Position numbers and translations under genes: made by a program
The notes under the pieces: model-generated
What the model saw: only the letters and a program-made list of their open reading frames with translations
Told to the model about the DNA's origin: nothing
Databases searched by the model: none
Shown: piece by piece, positions 21,110 to 32,718 of the stretch
Position numbering within the stretch: the stretch's first letter is position 1
How the letters are laid out: every line of letters begins with the position of its first letter
Source: Craspedostauros australis
Taxonomy: Eukaryota
DNA length: 35,629 nt
Assembly: GCA_030167865.1 (NCBI GenBank)
Contig: JALAGF010006668.1
Span: 1 to 35,629, forward strand
Reading direction: 5' to 3'

Positions 21110-23613
21110 TTACATCATGCCCGGCATGCCACCCATGCCGCCCGGCGGCATAGCAGGCGCGGCACCGCCTTCCTGTGGCTTGTCGACGATCATGGCCTCG
21201 GAAGTTGTGAGCAAACCTGCGACGGAAGCGGCATCGACGATTCCTGTTCGTGTCACCTTGGTTGGGTCGATGATACCGGCCTCGAACATATTGACGAAGG
21301 TTCCGTTCTGGGCATCGAATCCAGTCTCGATGGCAGTGCCTTCCTTGGTGAGCTCTCCGCAGATGACGGCGCCCTCCTCACCGGCGTTCTTGACAATGGT
21401 GGAGATTGGTGCCTTGAGCGCTTTCTGGACGATCTGGACACCGATCTTTTGGTCCATGTTCTGGGCCTCGTTCTCAGCGACATCGTCAAGGAGGGTGGAG
21501 CAGTAGAGGAGGGCCTTGCCACCTCCTGGGACAATACCCTCCTGGACGGCGGCACGGGTGGCGTTCAAGGCATCGATGATGCGATCCTTCTTCTCGCTGA
21601 CCTCAACCTCGGAGGCTCCTCCGGCCTTGATGACGGCAACACCTCCGGAGAGCTTGGCAAGTCGCTCCTGGAGCTTTTCTCTCTCGTAGTCGGACTTGGT
21701 GGTGTCGATGGAGTGGCGGATGAGGTCGCAGCGTTCCTGGATCAATTCCTTCTCGCCGGCACCATCAAGGACCATGGTGTCGTTCTTGTCAACCTCGACC
21801 TTCTTGCATGTTCCCAAGTGCTCGGCAGTGACTTGCTCGAGCTTCATGCCTGTCTCCTCAGAGATGACGGTTCCTCCGGTGAGCAGGGCGAGATCCTGCA
21901 TGGTGGACTTGCGGTTGTCACCGAAGCCTGGTGCCTTGACGGCGCAAACCTTGATTCCGGCACGCAGCTTGTTGACGACGAGTGTGGCAAGAGCCTCGCT
22001 CTCGACGTCCTCGGCGACGATCAGGAGAGACGACTGGCTCTTGATGACGTTCTCAAGCAGCGGCACGAGCTGCTGGAGGCTGCTGACCTTCTTCTCGACG
22101 AGGAGGATCATTGGGTTCTCCAGCACGCACTTTTGGGTCTTGGCATCCGTGATGAAGTATGGGCTGATGTATCCGCGCTCGAATTTCATACCCTCGACGA
22201 CCTCAAGCTCATTCTCCAAAGTCTTTCCGTCCTGGCATGTGATGACACCCTCCTTTCCGACGCGCTCCATGGCGTCAGAGATGAGCTGTCCGATTTCCGT
22301 GTCGGCGTTGGCCGAGATGGTTCCGACCTGCGTGATCTCCTCCTTGGAGGTGATTGGGCGGCTGATTTCCTCGAGGCTGTTGGTGACCTTGGTGACGGCC
22401 ATCTGGATTCCGCGTCGCAAGTCTTGCGGGTTCAATCCAGCCGCAACGGCCTTGCAGCCCTCGGAAAAGATGGCGCGGGCAAGGACTGTGGCGGTGGTGG
22501 TTCCGTCTCCGGCAATCTCATTGGTGTTGGAGGCGACGCTCTTGATGAGCTGAGCTCCCATGTCCTCGAATGGGTCCTCGAAATCAATGGACTTGGCAAC
22601 GGTGACACCATCCTTGGTGATCTTTGGTGCTCCGTATGGTTGCTGGATGATGGCATTGCGTCCCTTAGGACCGAGAGTCACCTGCAATCATCAAAGTAAA
22701 ATTCGGATCAAACCCAACGTTTGTATTCCCATTCACCAACGCAATGAAACCCACCAACCATGATGATGATGGCGATGATGATAATAGAAATTGCCGTTTC
22801 GTTTTGACAACAGCCCATTGATGAAGTCATCGATGTGGCGAATTGCATCAGCAGGGTGCAGTGGGATGCAATGCGGTTCGTTGCGATTCATTGTGTGGTA
22901 TGGGAGTAGCATCCAATTTGGTTCGGATTGAAACGCAGTTATAATTGTGCCGTGCGTGGTCGATTGGAAATCAGACGGGGAAGAGAGTGTCATAGGTGGG
23001 TGAGAACATTGCATTGTTTGAACTGTGCTGAGGATGACGAAGTTGGAGTTCCTGCTGCTGCTGCTGCTGGATTCTTTACACAAGCTGCGTGTTGCATGCG
23101 GCACCAGGAAGAAAGAAGGACCGAAGGAACGGAAGCGTCAGCTGCAGCTCGGCCGTCATCGTCACCATGGTCGATCTTCTTCCTGTTGCTCATCGTCGGT
23201 TTCGTGGTTGAAACCCGCACCACGCAGAGTTGTTTTCCGGGATGTTGCGTGTCGGTGTGTGTTGTTGGTGGTGATGTCACGCTTTGTCGTGTTTACTGGA
23301 TACATTTCCGAATCTTGGCAAACAATCGTGTGGCTCAGAATTCCCAATCGCTGCGTGCAACACCACACATTTCTGGATTTGATGGAATCTCGGATTCCAG
23401 TCCATCACAGCAACTCGTGAATCGAGGCGCAAAATCGCTTCGTTTTGCTCAACCCACCTGAACAGCGTCCGCCAACACATCCACACCCTTGAGCATGGCT
23501 GTGCGACCATCGACGCCAAACTTGATCTCCTTGGCGAAGGAACGGGTGGCACCAACATGCTTGGAGGCAATTTGGTTGGCGGTCTTGGAGATCTGGAGGG
23601 CGGATCGCATCAT
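21110..23613 (-). CDS. HSP60: Mitochondrial chaperonin HSP60/CPN60 (~575 aa; exons 23613-23458, 22681-21110)
   Basis: Presequence ending [57 protein letters not shown] and a GGM-rich tail; 776-bp intron. Confidence 0.97.
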
Positions 23614-24186
23614 TGTCAATTCTTGTGTTGCTGCTTCTGCTTCTGCTTCTTCCTGTTGCGTTTTTTCGTCGCTTCGGTATTTTGTGACGAACCCTTGATG
23701 TGTTGTTCGAGTTGTTTCGTTGTGCGCAGTTGTGTGGCGTGGAGATCGTTGTTGTTTCTCTCTTGCGTGCGAAATGAGAACTGCGGTGTTGCGCGGGGAT
23801 GTGACGGGAAGCAACGAGAAAGCAAATTGTGGTTGTCACCTGAGTGAAAACAGGTGGCGAAAAAGATTCTGATGTGGCTTGGTTGTATCTTATCGACGGC
23901 CAGACGGTGATCTTCGATCGTCTTCTTTCGAAACATTGTGTGTACGACCTACGATGCGAATGTAGAGCGGGCGACAGGGGTGTGTGTTTGAGTCTGGACG
24001 TGGGTACTCGTACTCGACTATCTCGTACAACTGCTCTACGTGTGATATTGTTTGGCAGGCAACGGGAGGGCACGGTGTAAATGAAATAATCTCCATGATT
24101 ACATTGAAATATAATATAATAGCTGTGGAGAATGAGTGTTTTTGCGTAGAGTCCGACGGTTGCCTCAACGGGGAGACATGGTTGCT

Positions 24187-25113
24187 TCAAAAGTTGGGAT
24201 CGACGATGTTGCCCTGTTCGTCCTTGAGGACCGGGGACATCGTCTCCATGTTGACGTCCACGGTTTTCCCCAATACTTTGAGGAAGGCGTCGTGGTGGAT
24301 GTATAGCTTTGGTAGTCCATCGTTCATGCTTTCAGCGGGTGGCTTCGGTGTTCCATCTCCAAGGACTTCCAACGAAACTCTGGAGAGTGGAGCAACCAAG
24401 TCCAATTGTTTGCAGTGACGCAGTGTGTGGTGAAGTGTAGTGTAGTACAGTGTAGTGCAGTGGAATGGAATGAAGCCCCGATGACAATGATGGAGAGCCA
24501 GAGGGTCACAGTTGATTGAAGAAGCATTGAACGTGCAGGGAATTGGTGAGACATGGAGACACACTTGTTGCTGATGAAAGAGGGCATGAATAGTTGCTCG
24601 AAAGGCTCACCGCGCTTGGTACACATTTTCCACTGTCCACTCTCTTTCAAGCCCATCACATTCAGACCAATAGACAAGTGCAGCATCATGTCGAAGTACG
24701 TACCCTTCATCTTGTGGATGCAACTGATCTTGCGAGACAAACCCGAACGAAAATACCATGCGTGGCTCGCCGTTGGTGGCCTGCTGATATTTGAGCATCA
24801 CGCCTGCCTTTTCTGGCATGGATTCCAGTATCTTTTGAAAGAACTTGCGTGATCCTTCCGTCAAGGTAACGGCAGCCTTGCGAGGGATGAAAGGCTTGCG
24901 CTTCTTTGCTCGTTTGGGCGCCGGTGTATCATTTGTGGATGAAAACGGAGACTGAGAATGATGTCGGGCGTTCGGCCTCGGTGGATGAATATCGATGCCA
25001 CGCAACGCCATTGGTGAGAATTGTGGCGCTGGGCGCGTTCTGGAAGTGACCATTGTGAAGCATCTCCCAACCCTGCACCTTCGCATCATCGACAGTGCGT
25101 GTGCTGTCCTCAT
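24187..25113 (-). CDS. HesB/IscA-like protein with mitochondrial-type presequence, lacking the conserved Cys (~200 aa; exons 25113-24704, 24379-24187)
   Basis: PRKAAVTLTE...GVMLKY...DEG|VSLE...LYIHHDAFLKVLGKTVD follows the A-type carrier pattern. Arg-rich N-terminus; phase-2 intron GTACGT...CAG joins in frame. Confidence 0.62.
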
Positions 25114-25986
25114 TATTGCGGCCTTCTGTTGTTTCGAACAATCCTCCTCGAACTCCAGGGAGCGTACTCTTCACGTTCCTGCTTGTTGATGCTTGCGACC
25201 CTGGTCCCGCTTGTTGCCCCTCTCTCGCTTTCTGTCCACGCTGCTTAATTGCGCTGTTCTGCCGTCCTATCCTTCGACGATCGGTTTTATGACGGTGCTG
25301 GTGCTCCCTGTCGCAATGGGCCTTGGGGTGGGGCTGCGGCGATGGTGCGTCTGTTGCTCTCCTTGTGGTCTCTTGTGTTTGCGATTGTGATTGTGCTCAC
25401 TCCTCCTGGTGCTTCTGTCCTGTTCTTGCGAAGATCGTGAAACAAGAAATTGTGTTGCCAAGAATCGCACGCAATCGTGGAAAACGTGACTGGTCGTATC
25501 GTGGTATCAAGTCAACACCAACAAACATGTACATCTGATGTGGTACTGGAGTCTGTCCTTCGTCTGCAATTGCGCTCTGCCGCTGAATCACGACAAATCC
25601 TTGTGGAGAACGCTTCTCTTTGTTCTCCATTTGAGACACACACACGAAGACGCCGATGCCAACCAGATCTTTCCCCTTCTCGACTTGGTGATGCCCCTCC
25701 CTCCATCTGCACACCCTTGAACACCCTTGCACGCGTCTGTTCATCGGCTCATCCACAGAGATCCCCGGTCACAAGCGAGGCCGGCAGAGGAGCACCATGC
25801 TCGCATTTCAACCATCACAATCAGTCGCCAACTTGCTCACTTACCATACTCCGCTTACTATTATCTCATAATCCAAACACAGCCGCCAGCGCAAACTGCC
25901 ATTCTCGATCAAAGCGAAGGCTATACCAATACCATACTCCATTCCAGTTGACGCCGCAGCTTTCGATTCATCCTTCCGACTTCACC

Positions 25987-27906
25987 ATGCGTTCAATTCG
26001 CCAATACGCACAGCTCGTGCTTCTTTTCATGGCATCGAGTCTCAGATCCTCCGATGCTTTTCTGCACGTCCGAGCACAGGATGTGCATGCCGCGTCCTGC
26101 CGCTCCTCGGCAGGGGAATGCAAGACAGGAGGTGCACTCGCAGCCCACGATGACATGGCCCAGCGCATCATGTTCAACCAGCAGTCGCGAAAGCGTGAAG
26201 CCATGAGATACCAGATCATTGCGGCGGAAGCATGGGAGCCGCTCGCAAGGCGAATGGAGGAAGTGAGTGATGACTGCATCTCATTTGTTGGCAAGGTCTT
26301 GAGTGTTCCGGTTATCATCGACGGCGGCGGCGACAAGGAGGTCAATGATAAATGCAACGGCAACAGTGTATCGGCAACAACAAGACGACGACGACGAAGA
26401 TTTCACCATCAATTGCCAAATATCGCATCGTTTGAGGTCTTTATGGTGCATGAAGTTGCAAGCAATCGAGATATGTTCTTCTCAGCCGACATACTCTCCT
26501 CCATCCTATTTCGCTCTAACAACATTGCTCAATTCCGAACTACATTTCTGCATTCTGCTGCGGACGCTTTGTGCATGATAATGGCATGGCACCTATTTCC
26601 CGTTTTCCATCTTCAAACACGTCTACTCTACAATGCTTTACTCGGTTCCATTCTGCTGCATTACTCGGACGCTGTTGCAACTGCACATTGTGGACAACAG
26701 GCATACCCGGAACGCTTCACCTTCCATGAGACCAGCTGGAACAAATTCCCCGACGGCACGGACAACATTGAGATCGGCGGCTTCACGCCACAGAACCTGA
26801 TCTCCGGCGAGTCCGTCCTGTTCTTGGCCAGCTTCCACAACAACGACATCACCCTCAGCCAGTTCCAGGTCATGATCTGCTTGCTGCAATCATTCATTGA
26901 GAACCTGACGGTCGTTCTGCCGTATTCCCCGGTCGGCACCATGGAGCGCGTTGTGCGTGAAGGGCAGGTCGCGACTGCTGCGACCTACGCTCACATGTTC
27001 TCGTCGCTGCCCAATTGCGGGCGTCCAACAAGACTGATGGTGTACGATCTGCACACATTGCAGAATCGCTTTTATTTGGTAAGTACAGGTTGTTGTGCAT
27101 GGATGTGAACGAGCCAAATCTGAGTTGCCATTGGGCGTACTGCACGAACATTGTTGCAGAGATGTGATTGTTGTAGTAATCGTGACATATTTATTTGCAC
27201 TACTCATCGCCGGCTGCAATGCACCATGGCGATGAATTCGACTCCCTCCATTGACTTCAGCATTTCAATTGCAACCACTTCTCACCTTCTTGATATCGTT
27301 GCTGTTGACCACTGCTTCTGCGCTGTTTTCTCGCTTCGAATGCAACGCGATTGGCTCCAATCACATCCACACAATTTCCTCTTTCAGCATGGCAACGCCG
27401 TCGCATCCCTCCAAACGGCTATCCCCCTCCTGAAGAATAAGATAAAAGATTCCAAGATCGATTGCATCGCCTTCCCCGATGACGGTGCCGCCAAACGCTT
27501 CTCGGCCATGTTCGAGGGCATGAATCTGGAGCTCATCGTATGCGGCAAGACGCGCGGTGAAGGCGATCAACGCACAGTCGTGATCCAGGACGGCAACGCT
27601 GAAGGACGCCATATCGTGATTGTTGACGACCTGGTCCAAACAGGCGGCACGCTGTTCGAGTCCGGCAAGGTCCTGCAGGAGGCCGGGGCCGCCAGCGTGA
27701 ATGCCTTCGTGACGCATCCCGTGTTTCCCAACCAAAGCTGGAAGAGATTCAATGTCGGCGGGGACCGCGCCTGTTTCGACAAGTTCTGGGTGACGAACTC
27801 CATTCCTACGGTGGCAAGCGATCTGCCAGTCGAAGACGGTGTGTTCGAAGTGTTGGATCTGATGGACCTCATCATCAACGATCTCGATCATTACTCGAGC
27901 GCTTGA
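25987..27906 (+). CDS. PRS: Ribose-phosphate pyrophosphokinase, class II (plant PRS3/4-like), probably plastid-targeted (~390 aa; exons 25987-26262, 26701-27078, 27388-27906)
   Basis: WNKFPDG, VLFLASF, LPYSPVGTMERV..EGQVATA, YDLHTLQNRFY, IAFPDDGAAKRF, PRPP-binding IVIVDDLVQTGGTL, and FWVTNSIP; leader ...RSSDA-FLH. Confidence 0.92.
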
Positions 27907-28465
27907 AGCTAGCATGTGGGTGGCATGCGTACATACTGTGTTTGCACGAAAGATGGCGACCCCATTCAAGATGATCGACTTCTCCAATGTGGACATGAGT
28001 TGGACCAAATGCCACACCATCCCATACCATTCCATCCCATGCTATTGTGAATACACCTGCAAATACAATTAAAGCAATACTTAAAGATAAGATAAGTACA
28101 TAAATCAGCAAGCACATTACCTACCCTGTTCACAACATGGAAGTGACCGCGGCATGCGTCCATGTTCGCAGTTTGTGCAAGGGAATAGTACCATCCCAAT
28201 CACACCGCAGTTTTCTTGTTTGCTTGATGCCCTTTGGATGCAACGGCTCGAAACTGAACCAGCAATCTGCGCTGCCCCAACACCATACTCGAGCGATGAT
28301 ACAAAATTGATTATAGTTGCACTTGCACTTGCTGGAGTTGATGCCATTTCGCATTGATTTGATCGGAGATACGAGGTCGAGTGTTTGGACGAACAGTAGC
28401 AAACGTCATGTTTCTGCTCCTTCTCTTGCTCCTCATGCTCACACTCCTCCTCATTCTCTCTCTCT

Positions 28466-29149
28466 CTAGTTCTTGCTCTTCTTTCGCTTCTTTTTGCTGG
28501 GCTCTGATTCGTCCGTCTTGGAACTGCGCTTCTTATCTTTCTTCTTCTTGCTCTTTTTCGTTTCGTTTTTCGACAACTCATCTGTTGCCGTCGCTGTTGT
28601 TTTTGTTGCTTCTTCTTTGGGTTTGTCATCATCCGTGGACTTGGATTTCTTACTCTTCTTCTTCTTTTTTGATTGCTTCGTCTCTGCACTTGGATCAACG
28701 TCATTTACCGCATCGGAATCCTCCTTCTTCGAATCATTCTTGGCATCCAGCTTGGCTTGCCGTTTGGCCTTCCGCTTTTCTTCGAGCTTGGCCTGTCGCT
28801 TGGCTTCCAGCTTGGCCGCCTTCTTTTCCGCCTTACGCCGTTGCTTACGCGTCGTCGTGTCTTCACTGTCGCTGTTGCTGGCCGACACTTCGGCGATATC
28901 CGAGAAATCCCGCTTGATGAAGCGTCCATCGCCATATTCCTTCTTGGCGTTGGGATCGAAGGATCCCGACCGCACAAAGTGCGAGTACAGCGCGTTGTTG
29001 GGCAGTCCGTCCGTGCGTTCTGTCACGACGGCATCCGCAGTGGCGGACTTGGTCCACGAGTACGCGCCGCCGCCCGTTCCCAATCCTTTGCGGCCTTTGC
29101 CGTGGCCGCAGAGGGCGGCGTGCAGTGCGATGAGTTTGGATTCTTCCAT
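28466..29149 (-). CDS. Lysine-rich, probably nucleolar protein (~227 aa)
   Basis: Coding-like ORF with a compact N-terminus (GRKGLG...LYSHFVRSG, reminiscent of GPATCH4/Tma23-type proteins), KLEAKRQAK-type repeats and a poly-Lys tail. Confidence 0.65.
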   Translation of the reverse strand: MEESKLIALHAALCGHGKGRKGLGTGGGAYSWTKSATADAVVTERTDGLPNNALYSHFVRSGSFDPNAKKEYGDGRFIKRDFSDIAEVSASNSDSEDTTTRKQRRKAEKKAAKLEAKRQAKLEEKRKAKRQAKLDAKNDSKKEDSDAVNDVDPSAETKQSKKKKKSKKSKSTDDDKPKEEATKTTATATDELSKNETKKSKKKKDKKRSSKTDESEPSKKKRKKSKN

Positions 29150-30596
29150 CGTCCACGTTGGTTTGAGTCGATGGATGGATTGGTATGGGTTGGCTGCGAA
29201 TGTGGATGTGGATGTGGATGGATGCTCAATGAATACTCTCTGAATACGAATGCAATGCGATGGATTCCGACGTCGATGCGTGGAAGTGGAAGTGGAAGGA
29301 GGATTTGGTAGGTATGGATACCCTCGAGGCGACAATAGTGTTCCGTTCAAGGAGACCAAGTGATGCAGAAACAGTGATGCGTGTTGTGGTGGGGGCAGTG
29401 CGTTGCGACCCTCTTCGTGTTGTTCTCTTGTTCTTCTTTTGACTTTCTCCATGCTTTTTTGTCTGGTTGTGGTGAGCCTGAAATGATTTCATTTATCACG
29501 ATTAGGTGTCAGTACTTAATCGGAAATTGCGTTGGCTGGAGCAATGACCGCGGATGACTGGCAGACCATCTCCCGCCTCACATCGAACACCGACGATGAT
29601 GAACGGCATGATGCGCCTGCACAGCTCACGACGCAACAACAGCACAGAGCAACACGCTTGCAGCAACCACCATCGCGTCTCCGCGATCGATCGATCGACC
29701 GTCAACGCAGCAAACCCAAACCCGAAGACCATCAAGCTGAGTACGCAAACAACTCAAACCATCGGATTCGTAAGTCGGAGACGACGGCGTCAGGGCAGCG
29801 AGGAAGCAGGGGTGTGAGGGGTTGTGGAGAAGAGACTTGAGGGAGCTTGGCTTGGATCGGCTATGAGAGACCCCTTTCAAGGCTTCAAGGTGGCGCGAAG
29901 ACATCGTGATGGGACGTGGTGGTTGGGTTGGGTTGGGTCGGCAGCAAACCCGCAAATCCCAACATATCATCGTTAAAGCAATGGCATGGCCATGCCATAT
30001 CATCAGATGAAGTCGATGCATCAGCCGACGTTCATAGTCATTGCAGTCAGCTGCTGGGCGATGTGATGTCCATCCAGCATTGCACACCAACAGTACCTGA
30101 AAGCGCCACACGACAATCCATTGGCGCCAGTCCACAAGAGTCATCGCATGCCGACAGCAACAACAAGCAAGCAAGCCGATGTCACACCAGCAACGAGTAC
30201 TCCTCCACTTTCACATTCTCAGATCAGCTTCCATTGAAAACCAAACTAAACCAAGCCTCCCGTGTCGACAATTACCAAGCTCAGGATGACCCGATGTGCC
30301 ACAGCCATGTGCCAACATTCACGTTTTTCTCCTCGCCATTTCTCACCTTCTCCTCTTCCTCATCTCTTTCCAACAATCTCAACAACGACACGCTGCATCT
30401 CTCGTTTGCAACTGATTCCCATGTTACACTCATTCACGTACCTATCAATTGCACCCACCCATCAATTGCACCCATGTATCCACTGATCCATCCATTCATC
30501 CATTTTATTGGCCTCTCCAATCATCAACGCAACAATCATACATTCACATTCTGACACATTCAAACACAGACATAGACACAGACACAGACAGACACA

Positions 30597-30818
30597 ATGA
30601 GCGCAGAGAAGGAAGGATTCAACGAGGTTCTTATCGAGCCACTCAAGCAATTCGCCAAGGACTCCGTCCATCTGGTCAAGAAATGCACCAAGCCAGACAG
30701 AAAAGAATTCGAAAAGATTGCCAAGGCCACAGGGATTGGTTTCCTCATCATGGGTTTCATCGGATTCTTCGTCAAGCTGGTACACATCCCAATCAATAAC
30801 ATCCTTGTCGGTGCTTAA
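30597..30818 (+). CDS. SEC61G: Protein translocon subunit Sec61 gamma
   Basis: [20 protein letters not shown]...[25 protein letters not shown]. Confidence 0.97.
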   Translation: MSAEKEGFNEVLIEPLKQFAKDSVHLVKKCTKPDRKEFEKIAKATGIGFLIMGFIGFFVKLVHIPINNILVGA

Positions 30819-31098
30819 AACGATCCCATTCTGCAACACATTAATCTAGCGCACATCAGCGTAATCGCACAGGCAGGCAGCAGGCATGCAAGCTGCAGTC
30901 ACATGCGATCATCCACCATACATTCACGCAGGTGGGACGCAAACAACCGAATGCATGAGCAGCAGCATCATGCAATTACATACGAATTGGAAGTGGCTTG
31001 GAATGGAGCAAACTGCTGAATGGATTAATTGAACTGTTACGAACGATGAAGGGCTCTCTTGCTCTCCAGAATTTACAACATAAACGCGATCTGCGAGG

Positions 31099-31900
31099 TT
31101 AAAAATCCAACGTCAGACTGTGCATGCGAGGCACGTACCGCTGCATCTCCACATTCGCAAGCCGGAACATGGCGCGACTGGCACGGCAGCCATCCGTGTC
31201 GTGGTACTGATCGTTCATGTAAATCACCTTGCGGATCCCGGCCTGGATGATTACCTTGGCGCAGTTCTGACACGGAAACAGGGCCACGTACAACGTCGTG
31301 CCTTGCAAATTGGCGCTGCCCTTGTTCATGATCGCGTTCACTTCTGCGTGGCACACGAACAGGTACTTGTTGTGCAGCTGGTTTGCGGCATCGTTGCTGC
31401 GTGCCCACGGTAGGATGTCGTCGGAACAACCGCGTGGGAAGCCATTGTACCCCAATCCCACAATGCGCTTGTCGTCGTCGACGAGGCAGGCGCCAACCTG
31501 GGTGTTGGGATCCTTCGATCGTCGCGCTGTCAGGAATGCCATGGACATGAAGTAGTCTTGCCACGAAATGTGCGTCGCTGTCCTGTTGGCGCTGGCGGGT
31601 TGTGGAGGGGTGTAGTTCAGCTCGTTTTTGAGCAATGCGAGGACGTCGTCGGGTATTTCCTTGGCTGCTGTTGCTGCTGTCGTCGTCGTTGTGGCCGTTG
31701 TGGTGTTGGTCGATATCGCTGTGGTGATCTTACAATCATTGGCATGGCCATTGTCACGGCCACGGCCATCATCAATCTCATCTTCGACCGGCGGAAGCGC
31801 AGGCCCGAAATCCAGCACGACAGATGCGCTGGACGGTCGATAATACCGTATGGAAACTCCTGCCAGATGCATCATGATCTGGCTCGCCGTCATTTCATCA

Positions 31901-31932
<32 letters not shown>

Positions 31933-32718
31933 ACTCTCGCTGGCGCGCGGGTTGGAGGCACAGCATTCGACATCTTTGCCGTCTGGATTGGCAAGAACGA
32001 CAACATGGCGGATGCGACATTGGATGATCATCTTGGTGCAATCGCTGCAAGGAAAATGCATCACGTACAGCGTGCACCCCGCCACATCGTCGCTGCATTT
32101 GTTCAGCACGGCATTGGCAACAGCGTGGCACACGAACGGATCCTTCGTATGCAGCCACGGTGTTTCGTCCGCATCGCACGACGATGTCCATGGCAGGTAG
32201 GCGTCATCGCAACCGCGTGGGAATCCGTTGTACCCAATGCCCACAATCCGATTCTCTGGATCAACGATGCAGGCGCCAGATGGTTTGATGGGATCCTTGG
32301 AACGTTTGGAACTCAGCACGGCGGCTGCCATGAAGTAATCGTCCCAAGAAAGATAATCCTTGCGCTTGGGCGTGACGGTGATGGAAGGGTCGTCCGTCCT
32401 GACATTCAACAAGATATCCAGCGGCCGGTGCTTGGGACAGCATCGAGGTCTGTCGTTGATCGGTGCAGATTCCTCAGCGGCATTCGGCGTCTGCTGCTCA
32501 GGTGATGCCATGGTCTGGCGTTGCGCGGTGCGACTCGTCGGACGATTGGAGACCGTGCTACGGACGATCGGCAATGATCCAACTCCGAAGGCCGAGGCGA
32601 TTGTGATCAGAGGCAGGGAAAGGACGCAGAGGATGGAGAACGAGTACTTGTGATAGTACCTATGTCGGCGGGGATGCGATGCGGAGGGCTGCCTTTGCTT
32701 GATGCTTGCGCTGGGCAT
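31099..32718 (-). CDS. DCTD: dCMP deaminase with two tandem deaminase domains and a bipartite plastid-type leader (~539 aa)
   Basis: Two copies of the pattern W.DYFM..A.L...RSKDP....GAC.V....RIVG.GYNGFPRGC.D..LPW...VCHA..NA...FPC..C.K.IIQ..IR.V; leader ...LITIASA-FGV. Confidence 0.9.

Noticed and set aside
21098..22699. 533-aa ORF on the + strand
   Set aside because: In-register antisense shadow of HSP60, expected from strong codon bias; no recognisable motifs.
25450..25986. Upstream extension of the 552-aa PRS ORF
   Set aside because: Non-ATG start and promoter/UTR-like composition; the signal peptide begins at ATG 25987.
15322..32718. RecA, PRS and dCMP deaminase as a functional plastid nucleotide/DNA gene cluster
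   Set aside because: They are interspersed with unrelated housekeeping genes on both strands; co-location is explainable by chance without synteny or co-expression data.
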